NCBI RefSeq assembly: GCF_036321535.1
Contig: NC_087444.1
Span: 14,384,001-14,448,000 of the forward strand
DNA: 64,000 nt
Reading direction: 5' to 3'
From: Camelus dromedarius
Lineage: Eukaryota
The notes below the pieces were generated by a model. That model had not been told where the DNA came from, did not search any database, and saw only the letters and a program-made list of their open reading frames with translations. The position numbers and the translations under genes are program-made. Shown here in pieces: positions 26,201 to 39,800 of this stretch (the first letter of the stretch is position 1; the number at the start of each line of letters is the position of its first letter).

Positions 26201-27816
26201 TGGGTTCCTACCAGCTTCCATCACTCTCTCACCAGCTTTACTGAGGCACTCACCCTCCACAAAAGGTCACAGCTTCAGGGGAGCTGATTCCACACCCCTA
26301 GCCCCAGTGATGGGCCTGATCAGTAGAAGGAAATTCCAACCCTTATGGGTGACGGCATCAGGGATGGAGAAGTGACCCAGGCTGAGCCAGTAAGACAAAA
26401 GGGGGAAACTGGGGTCTATTAGGAAACACATTTAAGACAGCCACCTGAAGAAATGGTCGGTCTTCCTTTAGACCAGTGGGTCTTAAGCAGGGTATTTTTG
26501 CCCCATTCCCCCAACCCACCAAGCAAACATTTGGTAATGTCTGGAGACATTTTTGATTATCACAGCTCAGGGTGCTACTGGCATCTAGTAGGTAGAGGCC
26601 AAGGGTGCTGCTAAACACCCAACAATGCACCTGACAGTCCCCAACAACAAAGAATCATCTGGCCTGAAATGTCAACAGTGCCAAGGTTGAAAAAACCTCA
26701 TGTTGCAGTATGTGAATACAGAACAAAAAAATGCTACAGGCATCTGACACAATGACAGCACAACGTGAAGATGAAGCCAACATAAACGCAGGGAACTGCC
26801 GAGGCAGTTCTGGGATTCCAGGGAAGCAGAGCCTATGACACTGGATTGAATCAACCCTGAAACCCATCCTTCTTCTGTAGTTAGTTATGAACCATTAATT
26901 CCCTTATTATTTAAGCTAGTTTGAATGGGGATCTCCGCTAAATGTAGCCAAAGGCCTCCTAACTAATCTATCAACGCACAGTACTCATGATAAAGCCGTA
27001 AGTTACATAGCAGGATCCTGAAGTCCCCCCACCACCCCAGAAGTTACCATCCCCAGGAGTCTCTTAATGCACGAAGTACACAACAAGGGAAAATAAACTT
27101 AATCTCATCTCTTGGGTTGTTAAAGCTTTTCCCAAATGTTCACTCCAACAATATTTTTGAGAGGTATTAAATTCTGTGTTTAGATTTCAAAAAATAAAAG
27201 CAAAAAACGTCAGTAGCTGTCTACTAATTCTGACAAGTTTAATACTGTGCACAGCTCTATAAGAACAAGACATATAACACTAAATCTTAATATTCATTAA
27301 ATTTCAATGTTCCATGAGTGATGACCACTGTGTATTTAAAGTTAATTGCCCACTGATGAATGCAATGTGCAGTGGTCTTCACTGGTAGAATATATGACTT
27401 AAAAGATGGTACAATTTTGGTAGCAGCCTCAACAATCAGAGAACCACAGGACACGAGAGATGCAAAGGACTGAAGAGAACATCTTGTCTAACTCCCTCAT
27501 TTCACAGATGAGGAGGTTCAAGGGGAAGCACTTCATCAAAAGTCAACCAGTTAATTAAGGGAAAAATTGAAACTACAGTCCAATTCTCTTAACTCTCAGC
27601 CTCAAACTTGAGACAACTTTTAATTATTTGTGAGGAGTTTTTCCCTGGCAACCCGTGATCTTTCCCTTTCTTGCCAGGGCTTGTGGCCTAGCAGTACAGA
27701 TCAGCTAGAGGAAGTTGGAGAGACAGAAGAGAAGTATCTTTGAGTGTCTGGATAAGTCCTTGACAGTACGCTAAAGCAAACTACATGTGACTTTAAGTTG
27801 TCTTCCCATCTCGTAG

Positions 27817-27853
<37 letters not shown>

Positions 27854-30800
27854 ACACAGAGAAAACCCCTAGACTAATAAAAGGAGGATTAGGTGCCACC
27901 CAACAGATTCCTGCATCACTCTTTCTCGGGCTTTGGAGTACGAGAAGAGTTCTGATCTTCTTGACAGCAGGCCAAGAGATACGCGTAAACAAGTCCTCGC
28001 TCTACAGTGTACATGTCATCCACAGCTCAGTCAACTGCCTAAAGGGTTTTGCAGGGGCTTGATTATCAACAGCTTACAAATCTCCCCTCCTCTGACATCC
28101 CAGGGAACCGCCACAAACCTGTTGGCAAGTCTGCTTCCTTTTAAAGAACTTGGCACAACAAATACATGCCTGCCCTTCAGAAAAAGAAAGCAACAGGAGC
28201 AAAACAAAAAATTGTCTGCTACAACGCTCTGGTGCTCTAGCGAGTGAAATAAGTGGAGCACAGTGGACTAGTACCAACCTGCTAGGATATAAGCAAGCTT
28301 CTGTCGAGGCCACGTGGGGCCCAGGGATATATTTTAACAGAACACCTAATTTTAAAGTAGCTTTTTCTGTCAGCATACATCACACATCATGAAGAGGAAA
28401 TCAACGGAACACCTTAAAAATAAATCACTTTTCAAATTCCATATGATAATTACTATTAATTTGAACAGCAGTCAAATGGTAAGTTAACAAAACCCTGTGA
28501 AACCATCTGCTTTAGAAATAAGTCTCTTTAATAACAATTCAATTTATCAACCCTAATATCTGCTCTTTCTGGTTACCAAAAATAAATGATCACTTTTGCA
28601 TATACCTGTGGTATAAACATGGATAAGAATATGTATGTTTATAATAAAAAATAGTGCTAGGATATAAATATTTTTGGAATAGAGCCTAATATTCCCAAAG
28701 AACAAGAAAAATCTAGACATTATTTAAATAAACAGAAAAAAAGAGAAGTAACCATCACATGGATTTCTGGTAAGATATAGCATCAAAATTCCTAGTAAGA
28801 TGGACTCAGAAGGGTGTTTTTCCAGGAGACTCACATGTTGACTAATGCTCAACCCAAATGTCCATAGCCAGGAATTACATCCTTGTTTTTGAGCACTTTT
28901 CATTTACAATATAGAGGAACTTGTGACACCAGGCATTTGACCTGCAGACATTCAATAAAAAGTAACAGTAAAAGAGTCCTACAATAGCTCAGAGAACCTT
29001 CCATTTTGCTTTCCTTAACAATCAAACAAGCACTGATATCCTTGTTTGTTGGCTTTCAGCATAACCATTTCTCTATTCCTTTAGTTCATTATTGCTGTGA
29101 TTAAATCACTAAAAATTGCAACATAAAATGACAAGAATATCAAAAAACTCTTAAAAAAATTATAGTTTTGTAATTTTCACCAATTGGAAAAGATTACACA
29201 GTCGATCCTCCTTATTCACAGATCCTGTATTTGCGAATCTGCCTACTCACTAAGACTTGTAACCCCCAAATCAATGCTTGGAGCACTTTCATAGTCATTT
29301 GCAGATATGCACAGGGCAGCAAAAAAATCTGAGTCCCCCCGGGGAACAAGTTCCCCACTGAGGTCCAACAAGGGGACGCTGCCTTCTTGTTTCAGCTCTT
29401 ACATGACACCTGAGCATCTTCCTCACGGTCTACTTAGTACAATGCATTTTGCACTTTTGTGCCTTTCGTTGGCGCTTTACTGTTTAAAATTACCCCAAGA
29501 ATAGTGTTGAAATGCTGTTTAGTGTTTCTGGAGAAAATACGTAAGTTGGATAAGCTTCTTTCTGGCATGAGTTAGTTTTGAGCTCAGTGTTAATGAGTCA
29601 ACAATATATATAAGGTATCTTTAAGCAGAAATACACATACAACAGGGTATGTACTGATCAACTGATAAAAATGACCATTGTGACCAGAGGTTTGCAGGAA
29701 CCTAATTCTGTACGTCCCTTAGGAGCAATGGTTCAGTGTTCCCTAATTCAGTATTCCTGGAGACTCTGTAGAACATAACTACTATGAATAATGAGAATTG
29801 ACTGTATTGAGATTTCCAGTTAAATGATCAACAGGGAGAATGTAGCTTATTAAAATGTGCCAAAGGAATCACAGACCTGAAATCACTGCCAGGTAAAATT
29901 GGCAGAACTTGAATTCAAATTCAACTGAACTCTCATTACTTTGGTCTCTTTTCTTACCCCAACTGTCTGTTGCTACCTCATGTGTTTTTATTTTAATTAT
30001 TTCATTGTGTTTTATCCTTATTGGAAAAGGCTGTTCTGTAGAAATTTTGAAAATATAAATGGGAAAATAAAGAAACAAAATATTGTAAATAAAATCACAA
30101 AACTTTTTTATCAGATGGAATATGATCATGATATGGGGTCCGTCCTTTGCTCGGATTGACAACTCTAAGAATATGTATTTTCATGGAAATATTTCTTAAG
30201 TGACAAAAACCACTTAGTTTCATGAGTTTTATATGCCCTAAGTTTGTAAAAGTGAAGTTGTAGTAAAATGTCATCATCATATATTTCAAGAGACTTTTCT
30301 TTAAGAAATAAAAGGCAGGAAAATATATTTTGTAAATGGAATTTATGTTAACCTTGTAACTAAAATATGTAGTCATTGTTAATAATCTACTGCAGTAAAA
30401 AATAAATCAAGTATATCATTAAAAAGGCTGTCATGTGAGGTACCTTGGAGAAGTTGGTTCACTGAACTTTGCTTTAATATCTGTTGTATATATTAAAGTT
30501 ACCCTTTTTTAAAATCTCAAGTAACATCCTGAAAAGCTGACATTGACTATGGAATAAAGTTTAATGTGAAAGAGATTCCCTTATTAACTTCCAAAATATG
30601 AACAACTCTCAACAGGAAATAGGAATCACAAATAAAGTAGCCCAGCAGTTTTATGATAAGTTGGTACAGAATTCTGCTGTAGAATAATGCTAACATGTGC
30701 TTCACTAAGTTAAACTTACAATAAAAAGTTAGACTCAAGGGACCATAAAACAAAAAGGTGCAAAACATCTTTTAGTTTCCAAAAAATCAAATCTTCATCT

Positions 30801-33800
30801 TAACTATGGCTAGTTTCTTTTTTAACTTCGTATTTGCAAGTGAGTGGCAAAGGTAACTTACAATCTATTATTATGAATATTCCTTAACAGAGAATCAGAA
30901 TTTATACTATTCAAACATCACTCCTTTAAATTGAAAATATTAATGTATTACTCAACTTTACACAATCCTTAATGCCTAGGGACTTTACTTACTATTTCCA
31001 AAATCTTTCAACAATCCATTGTCACAACCTAATGACCTAAGTATTTGCTGTCTAAGTCCGCACATGCAACAGAGACAATGTCCTTCTCTTCTTGTGAGCC
31101 TCCATGCGGTACTACTCACAGAAGATGGCACGTGATTAGCTGCCTTTTATTTGAATCCCAGATGAAACTCTGACCACATAAGACTTAGCTGAGAAAGATA
31201 ATCCAACAAATAATATAGTCGTTAAAGCTATGAAAAACAGAAGAGTCCTCAGAGCAAATTCTACAGGCTTTTACCTCACTTCTCAGCTGGGCAAGCTCAG
31301 CACACTCAGGACTCACTGCAGTCAAACTGCCCCCTCCCTCTCCCATTTCTGAAGCAACACGTGCCTCTTGGCTGGTGTGTCCAACAACATGAGTCACTTC
31401 AGATCAAGCCAGGCCAGCCCAGCTGGAGAGGCAACAGGCATATTTACAGTTTCCACCGAAATTCTGGGAGAGTTTTCACTTCACAGTAGGGAGGAAGTAA
31501 TTAATATTCAAAATGACCTTGGTAAAAACAAACAAGCCTGCTGTACAACATGAAGAAAAAGAACCTTAGTAACATGATACCATACCAGAAACAAGTAGGA
31601 TGACTCTCTGGTAAAGTATATGTGAGTGATTTCTCACATGACAATACAAATATAGGATGGAAAATGGCTGAGTCAGATGGTGGTAGGTATTTAAATAGTA
31701 ACATAGTGATATCATTTTGTTTTTGATCGTTTCAAAGTAAGCACAAGGATGGGAAAAAATGTGTGAAAACACATTTCACTCCCAATGGGTGTGACTCAGG
31801 AACCTGTCTAGTCCAGTTCTAGACACATGATTAAAGAGCAATATAGAGACTAAGAAAGTGAATTCAGAAGGCAAGCGAAAGTGGCTGAAGCAACAGGTTT
31901 AGAAGATAATTCAACCAGTAGAAGGAGGAGTTTAGTAAGCAGCATTCAAAACATGCAAGGATCAGAGAGGAGGTTTTTATTTGCTACCAGAAGATAAACT
32001 GGAAATTGGCATCTTCTATGACACATATGTGTGATATTCATCACAGCGGCATTAATAATAGTGAAAAAGCTAGCTACAATTTAAGTGTCCAAGAGAATAA
32101 CGATTAAGTACATTCGGTCTGTCTAACAAAAATGATGGATTACTAGCAGAGGGAATGTGAAATGTATTATGGTATGAGCACTAACCAGTCAGAACAGTTA
32201 TAGTTCATAATGCCGGATGTCAGTAACACTTGCATGTTGGCAGGGGCTGGGGGGATGTGTGCATTAGTAGAAGCCATGGAGGCATCTAGGGGCAGGCAAT
32301 CACTTTTCTTCAACTGGTATGGAAGGCTTTCAATTCATTTTAGAAACTGGTACCACAATGCCAGCACACATTGGCTACGTGCCATCCCTGGCCGTTGGCA
32401 AGGCAGTAACTAATAGCACCAAGTTCTTACTCCATGGCAGGCACTGCAAAGCATAACTCACAACAGCTCCAGGGTGGCCATTAACTTTCTTTTACAGATG
32501 ACAAAAAAAGACTCAGGGAGGTTAAATGACTTGCCCAAGTTCATTCTGCTTGCAAATGACAATGCTGAGATTCAATCCCAGGCCTATCTGCCAACAAAAT
32601 CTGGCAACTTTACACTGTACCATGGTTGCTTCCCAAGGCTAGATAGCCATATGACATAACATTAGAGTGGAAAATCAAAATAATAGACTGTAAATAAAAT
32701 AAGATTACTTGTCTTTACGGTGAGTTTTTTCTTTTTCTTTTTAAATCTCCAAATGTTGTATAATATGGTTGTATTGCCTTTTTAATGAAAGGTGAGTTGG
32801 AAAGAAAAAGTGTATCATAAAGAAAGATTTTATGAAAGCAAAGTTTCTTAAACACTAGAAAGAGTTACTAAAGTTACAAAAATTTTTTATGCATTTTTTC
32901 TTCCAAAACAGAATACTTTTCATCCGTCTGAAATGATTTAGCTACTGTTCTAATATCACCTATAAATCAGCTATAATTTATGGTGCCTTCTAGAACAGTA
33001 TCCTATAATACCTTGTCAGTCCTTATCAAACAAACAAAAATATTATTAATCTAAGAGTTACTAGAGAAGCTAAGGCATTCATTCATTCAATCAGTATGTA
33101 CTGCTTGCCTGCTATGTATCAATCGTCTGGCTAGATGCTGGAGAACCCCAAGTTGGTCAAGAGCCTCACCTTCATGGAGCTTACAACAATTCCAAGATGG
33201 CAACTCCTTGCCCTATTTTTAAGCCATTGTCACTGTGTTGAAAGGAAGGGAGCACTGGCTCCAGGCTCAGGAGCAGCAGTCAAGGGTCACACCTATTGGG
33301 GAAGGGAGGTTGAGCTGATCCATCTCAGAGCTTCAACAAGGGTTCATTCCCACCTTGGCCAAGACCAAAAGTCAAATAAAGAACCCTGAGAAAGTATGAA
33401 GGCTCCTGGGAGATCCTTTGGCCCTGACAGTAGTTTCTATGTTATCTCCTGGGATGTCATATTTCTTTAGGTCTCTAGGGGGAAAATGGGATAGACACAA
33501 ATGACTGAGAAAACAATCAGCAACTTCTGAGAGTTAGCTGGTTATGAATCTTATGGGTAAGGGGGAAAAAAAAACCACCTCGATTTAACCAAGCTGTACC
33601 TTTGAGAAGACAACTCTAAAACTCTGTGAATGTCACAGTATAGACTATGGTTCCAGAACATACATTATCACCATTATTATCAGGCACTTTGGTAGGTCTG
33701 ACCTGAGAACTTCCTCCTGATCTAGAAACAATCTATTTGGGGCCCAAAGTGTTAGATAAATAATATTCACTTGGAAGGTCCAGTAAGGATTGCTACTTCA

Positions 33801-36800
33801 GGGGTATAAAAACCATTTTGTGCGCATAATAGAAAGATGGTTAAACTCTATGCTACCTCCCCACAAATAAATATCCATTTAAATTAATAAACACACATCC
33901 TTGTACATTCTTTCTTCATCTCCCTTTACTGTTTTGCTACTCAGTCAGGTCAACCTAATTTCCTTGGAACTCGATCCTTTTTCTAACTTTTTTAGGTTGC
34001 TAGGTAAATATTAAAAAGTGTGCTGAGTGTGAGGGTCTCATGAAAATTTAAGATGACTAGAAGATCTTTTAAATCAACTATTAGACCCCATCATGTCTAG
34101 AAAAGTAGAGAACTTCCATTCACAATGTGTTACTTTATCAAATGTCCCAGTCATATGTTATGAATCTCACCTTCGATACAGCTTGGACTGTCCAAAAGTC
34201 ATAATTACCAGTGGTACATGGAAGGTAGTCAAGACTAGAATGATCTGGAGAGACAAAAAGCATGTGGTCAATAAAAAAGATAGTCCAATTACATGCTTAC
34301 ATGTGATGGCATTAAATCAACATCTGAAAGACTGGCAATAGCCCTGCTTTGTAGTAGCCTAGAGTGTAACACATCTGAAAACCAAGAAAGACCAAGTGAT
34401 TGGGGCTTACTATGATTCAAAATCTCAACTCTTTTTGCTGAGATGGTCCCACCACCTACACCTGAAGCAGTGAGATGGAGCTCAACAACTCCACATTAAA
34501 GTAAGGATTTAACTATTTTGTATCCACATTATTGTGAGATATTGTGATACTGTGAGATACTCCCAGGCAAGAACCATCTCGCTTCCTGCTTATAGAGGCT
34601 AGCAGAGAGTGGGTGCTCCAACAGTGGTCACTATGTCACATCTGTCCTTTTCTTCTGCTCCCTGCTGTTAGTTCTTCATGAAATTAATTTTTTAAATAAG
34701 TACTTTTCTAGAAAAAAATATGCAGGAGGATAAGATTCTGATAGATTAGAACAAGAGGCTAGAGACTCAAAACAGGCATATAACAAGACATTTTGGAGAC
34801 ACCAACTATCTTAGATAAATGGATAAATCATGGAAATTAGGGAACAACTCAAATTCTAGAAGAAAATGAAACATGCTTAAAGAAATCCTACCAGGAGTTT
34901 AAAAATTAATTAAAATAAGATATTTATAACTTGCTCTTCAGCACCAAAATTACATTTCTTTTGGCTCCTGATACAGCCATCATGTGCGTCAATGCTACGA
35001 TACACACGCTACTGGAACACTAGAGGGCATGAGTTGCGGCCCCTGCCCTTGTTCAGGCAGGATAATCAGAGCCAGGTAACAGTCAAGCCCTGATCCAAGA
35101 CTTGAGGCCAGTGAAATCTCCAGCATCCCTCCTCCTGGGAGACGGGCTACAGACTGGGAGGGAGAAGGAAGGAGCAGACTGACTCTTCTTCCATTCCCCC
35201 GATCCAGGTAGCATCTGCTTTGTGGTGGGGAAGGGACAACAGATGGAGCTGAACAACAATGAGACCTGAGCACCACAGTCCTTTAACACTAACTGTGGGA
35301 AAGGACACAGGACCAAAATAGTTTGGAGGGAAAATATCACGCTGTGTAATATGCAGTTTTCCACTTCCACATAGAGGTTTTCCCAAGTATTGTAAGGTTC
35401 CCTTCTTCCTCACACATAGCACTCTCTTTCCTCTTTCTTCTTCTTGTTCATCTTGATGCCAAGTAGCCACTAAGGACTAAAAAAGTGCCTATCTTCCTAT
35501 TATGGAAGAAAGTGGTCACATGCTACTCCCAGTTCTAAAGTAAAACCAAACCAACCACAGCTTTCAGAATGTCTGCCCTGCAAACATGTATTTTCCACGA
35601 TTGAGGTCGGAGACAATTTCACAAAATAGCAACATTCAGTACTTAAACTCCCCAAATCTGCACCACCTTCTTGCTAGGCTCAGTTAACAGACTCAAAATA
35701 TTACTTACCCCAGTAGTATCTCCAACCCAGGACAAGGATACTGAGCCACTGAGATCATCAAACACATGCTATAAGGGAAAAAAAAGATCATTTAGAAACA
35801 ACATCTCCTCTGCAATCTTTGACTTCCTTAAATAATTCAGAACACTATTGCTTTCAAAGTAATTAAGTTTATAATTATAAGGGGACAGGAATTCCTGGAA
35901 CAAAATTTGGAAGAAACAGGATTTAACTACTTAACCTGAATTACAAATAACTTGGAAATTTTAATTCTCTCTCATACAAAGTAAGCCAAGCAGATGAGTT
36001 TTCTTCACTGCACCAGATGGGGAGACGGGATAATCTAACTGCTTTCTCCACCAGAACTAAATATAAAGACATAGAAAGTATTCTTAGGATATTTTAAAAC
36101 AAGAGATCACAGCCCACAATGACAGATATAATTGTAACCCAATCAGCATAATTCCACTTTTTCTAGGCAGCCTTCACAGTATAGCTGAATAGCTAAGAGC
36201 TAGACTCCTTTTGCTTCTAGGCTAACTCACTCAGAATGACAAAGGACAGAAGCAAGAGTAATTGGCTTTGCTCACCTTTTTATTTAATAATAATAATAAT
36301 AATAGTAACAGAACAACCTTAATAGGCTTGCAGTGAGAATGAGGAGACAAAAAAGGGAAAGCTGGTATATTATATCCAAAATGTGGTAAGCATGTTGAAA
36401 TGCAGTTATGATAATTATTGTAGGTGCTTTTGAGTTTTGGTTTTCAAATACTTTCTTACCTATTTGCAAAATAATATATATCCATTGGGGGAAATGTAGA
36501 CGATAATAGAGAGGTATGGTAAGGAAAATGTAAATCATTCATAATCCTATCACACAGAGATATTAAAGGTTAACATTATGTGGATAATCTACTAGTCTCT
36601 ATCACTTTTTTTTTTTAATGGCAGTACTGGGGATTGAACCCAGCCCCATGTGCACGCGCTCTACCACTGAGCTATACCCTCTGCCCTTTATCACTTCTTT
36701 AACTGATGAAGAAATAATACCAAAAGAGGCAATACTGGCATTTGGTAAAAATTTCCAACCAGACAGAAATGTATATGATAAGAAGTGAAGATCCTTTCCC

Positions 36801-39800
36801 TCCCCCGCCACACGCCCCACCACCCAGAGGGGTCAATGGTTTAGTATATATTTCTACTAATGTTGACGATTTTTTGATGCTTGATGCTTTTCTCTTATGA
36901 GACTTATATCTTATTAAGATTTTCAAAATCTTAAATATGCCCTGCCTTTTCTAGTATGAGCAGTTCCCCAGAGCTGAGGATACAGCCTTACATTTGCAGT
37001 CTTCTCTGTGGCTACCAGGATACTGTGCACACTCAATAAGCATTTGTTGAAAATGATTATACATCCTTCCCAAACCACAAACTTGATCTTAAAATAGAAC
37101 ATGTCTATAAATGGTGGGATGCCAGCCGCTTGGTCACTCAAGCCACCATCCTAACAGAGAAGCCTGAAGAAACAGGACTCAAAACACTGACTGCTCTGCT
37201 TATCTTCTAATTTTCTTTTGTGGTCTTCCTAAGTGGGTGGCTGAATTCACCTCTGTTACTTCCTCTGCGGACCATCAGCCCCTTTGAGGTCGGCACAATG
37301 TCTTGGACAGTCCCGGTAAACAGCACAATTGATGCCTCACAGAGGGCCTGCTCAGTAAATGCTGCTTAACTCTCGCCCACTCAGGCAGAGCTTCTCACAG
37401 CCCCTGCAGGACAGAAAGGCTATTCATACATGTACGCTGGCCAAGCGTCTGAGAAAAAGTAGGTCTGCTAGAGACATCTGGAACTAGAAGCTTAAAAACT
37501 GACACAGCAGTGTGTCTTATAAGATACCACACAGAACAAGACAGCATGTTCTCTTGAATGAGGATACACTGTCTGAAAGCACATCAATGAGCTCCCTGCG
37601 GAGAAGCAGGGCTCTCCAGAGCTACCACAGGCACCAGAGAGATCACATGAATTAACGGTTATCTAAACAGAGGCTGTCTTTCCAAGAAAGGTTCTGGTCA
37701 CAACAGCTGACCAGAATAAAAGAAAAAATTCCACCACCGGAGCTCAAGCCCATGGGGACCTGAAGCTTTCACTTTTCAGGCAATGCTCTACGCACCCGGC
37801 CTAGTCAGTGCACACTGGCATTACTCACATCTTCCTATTGCTCAGTCACAGAAAGAGGAGTATTACTGGATGACATAAGCAACCCTCAACTTAATCCAAA
37901 CAAATCAAAGGACAGGTGACCTCACTCATCACCCAAAGGATTCCTTTGGAACAATGTAGGTGAGATGTATTAACTGTAGTTACGGTCTTCTGCTACCCTT
38001 CACCCTCCCTCCTCTTCCCTTCCCAACAACTAATTAAATTTTACTTTTGAAAACGTACGAACTCATTGAAAATACTCATCTACCCACAGAAAATGCAACT
38101 ACTCTTTTATATTTCAGTCTTTCACGTTCTTATACTGGTGAAAGTAAAAGAGAAAAATGAAATCAGATCTAACAACAGACCAAAGCTCAGGTAGGAAGAA
38201 AAGGTCATATGGGAAGAAGATAAATCCAGGATAGCTGGGGAACCAAGACCACAGATACAATCCTCCCCCTTCAATGGGAGGATTATAGACGTCCAGGAAA
38301 GGGTGGACAAACTGGAGACAGTTAGGAGACAGAATTTACAAATGTACATGTCACTCTCCATTGTGGCAGCACCTTAGATATTTAAAAACATATTCTACTT
38401 TTAATTAGAGCAACAAGAACCTTGTCTGTCTTCCTTACTAGACCTGAAGCCCATCTGGTGCAGAGACCAAGCCTATTCATTTTTACAACTAATGTATAGC
38501 ATAACACATGGGAGACACTCAATAAATATTAAATTCATTTCCTATAAGAAGTACTTGCAAAGCTCTGAAAAGGAGGATAATGAAGGGAAACGGTAAAGCC
38601 AGACCCACTTAATTTCCCCATGACAGAAATGAGTATGAGGAGTAAAAGCTCTATTCTGGGAGGACATCTGCTTCTGACCAAGATGGAATAACATGGATAG
38701 ATTTACCTTACCAACTGAAACAAATAAAAAAATACAGACTATATCAAACAACGGTTTTCAAGACATTGGACTTTAGGCAATGAAGGACAATGGTCCGTGA
38801 GAGAGAGGAAACAAAGAAGGCCCTTCATCTGCCCTGGCTTATTATCTCGAGGTAATTTTCAGGCCACGGTGCAGGGAAGGGGAACCCAAGCAGAGCCCAG
38901 GGGTTACCCTCACCTGAAGAGACGAGCTGATAGTCTGAGGAGGCCAAAGAGGCTGGAGTTCACAGTGTAGTGCACTAGAGAGGAGAGGGTGGCACAGAAA
39001 GAGAACAGTGAGATCTATAGATGGGGGCTCCCTAACCATCCTGCCAAGTCTTCAGCTGAGGACTAACCAGCACATGAATGTGAGGAAACCGGCTGAGGCC
39101 AGGGGAGAATCCCCCTTCAGAACTGAAGGAAACAATATTTGGGCCTCACATAGGACCAGAAACAATCCCTGTTCCCAAAAACATATTTCATATTTTACAA
39201 GGAAGTGGAGAGAATACTCAGAAAAGTTTTACCTTAGTAGAAGAAAAATTAGTCCTAGAATAAATGCTCTTCTAGTCTGGCCTAAAAAGCTTAAAAACAA
39301 GATCAAAAAGGATCAAACTATTGCCAAGTAACATAAATACAACCTAGAACAAAGTTCAAGAATATTTATAGGAATATTAAAATATCCAGCACTCAAGAAG
39401 ATAAAATTCACCATGTCCAACATTCAATCAAAAGTAACCAGGCATGCAAAGAAGAAAACAGGACACATAATGAGGAGAAAAATCAATCAGAAATAACACA
39501 GATCATAAGATTAAAGACAGTAAAACAGTTGTAACTGTACTCCATATGTTCATTCAAGAAGTTAGAGAATAGACTGAGCAAAGATAAGCATTAAATAAAG
39601 ATAGAGAAGACATACAAAGACTCACATTGGAGTTCCAGTGATGAGAATTGTAATGTCTGAGACGAAAACTACTTTGGGTAAGATTAACAGGAAATTAGAC
39701 ATTGCAGAAGAGAAGATTAATAAACTGGAAGACATACCTATGGAAATTATCTAAAGAGAAACACACACAAAAAAGAAAAAATTAACAGAACTACAGAACT

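Noticed and set aside
37839-37849. NRF2 ARE-like motif GTGACTGAGCA on the minus strand
   Set aside because: A few matches to this degenerate motif are expected by chance in 128 kb of double-stranded sequence, and there is no supporting context.
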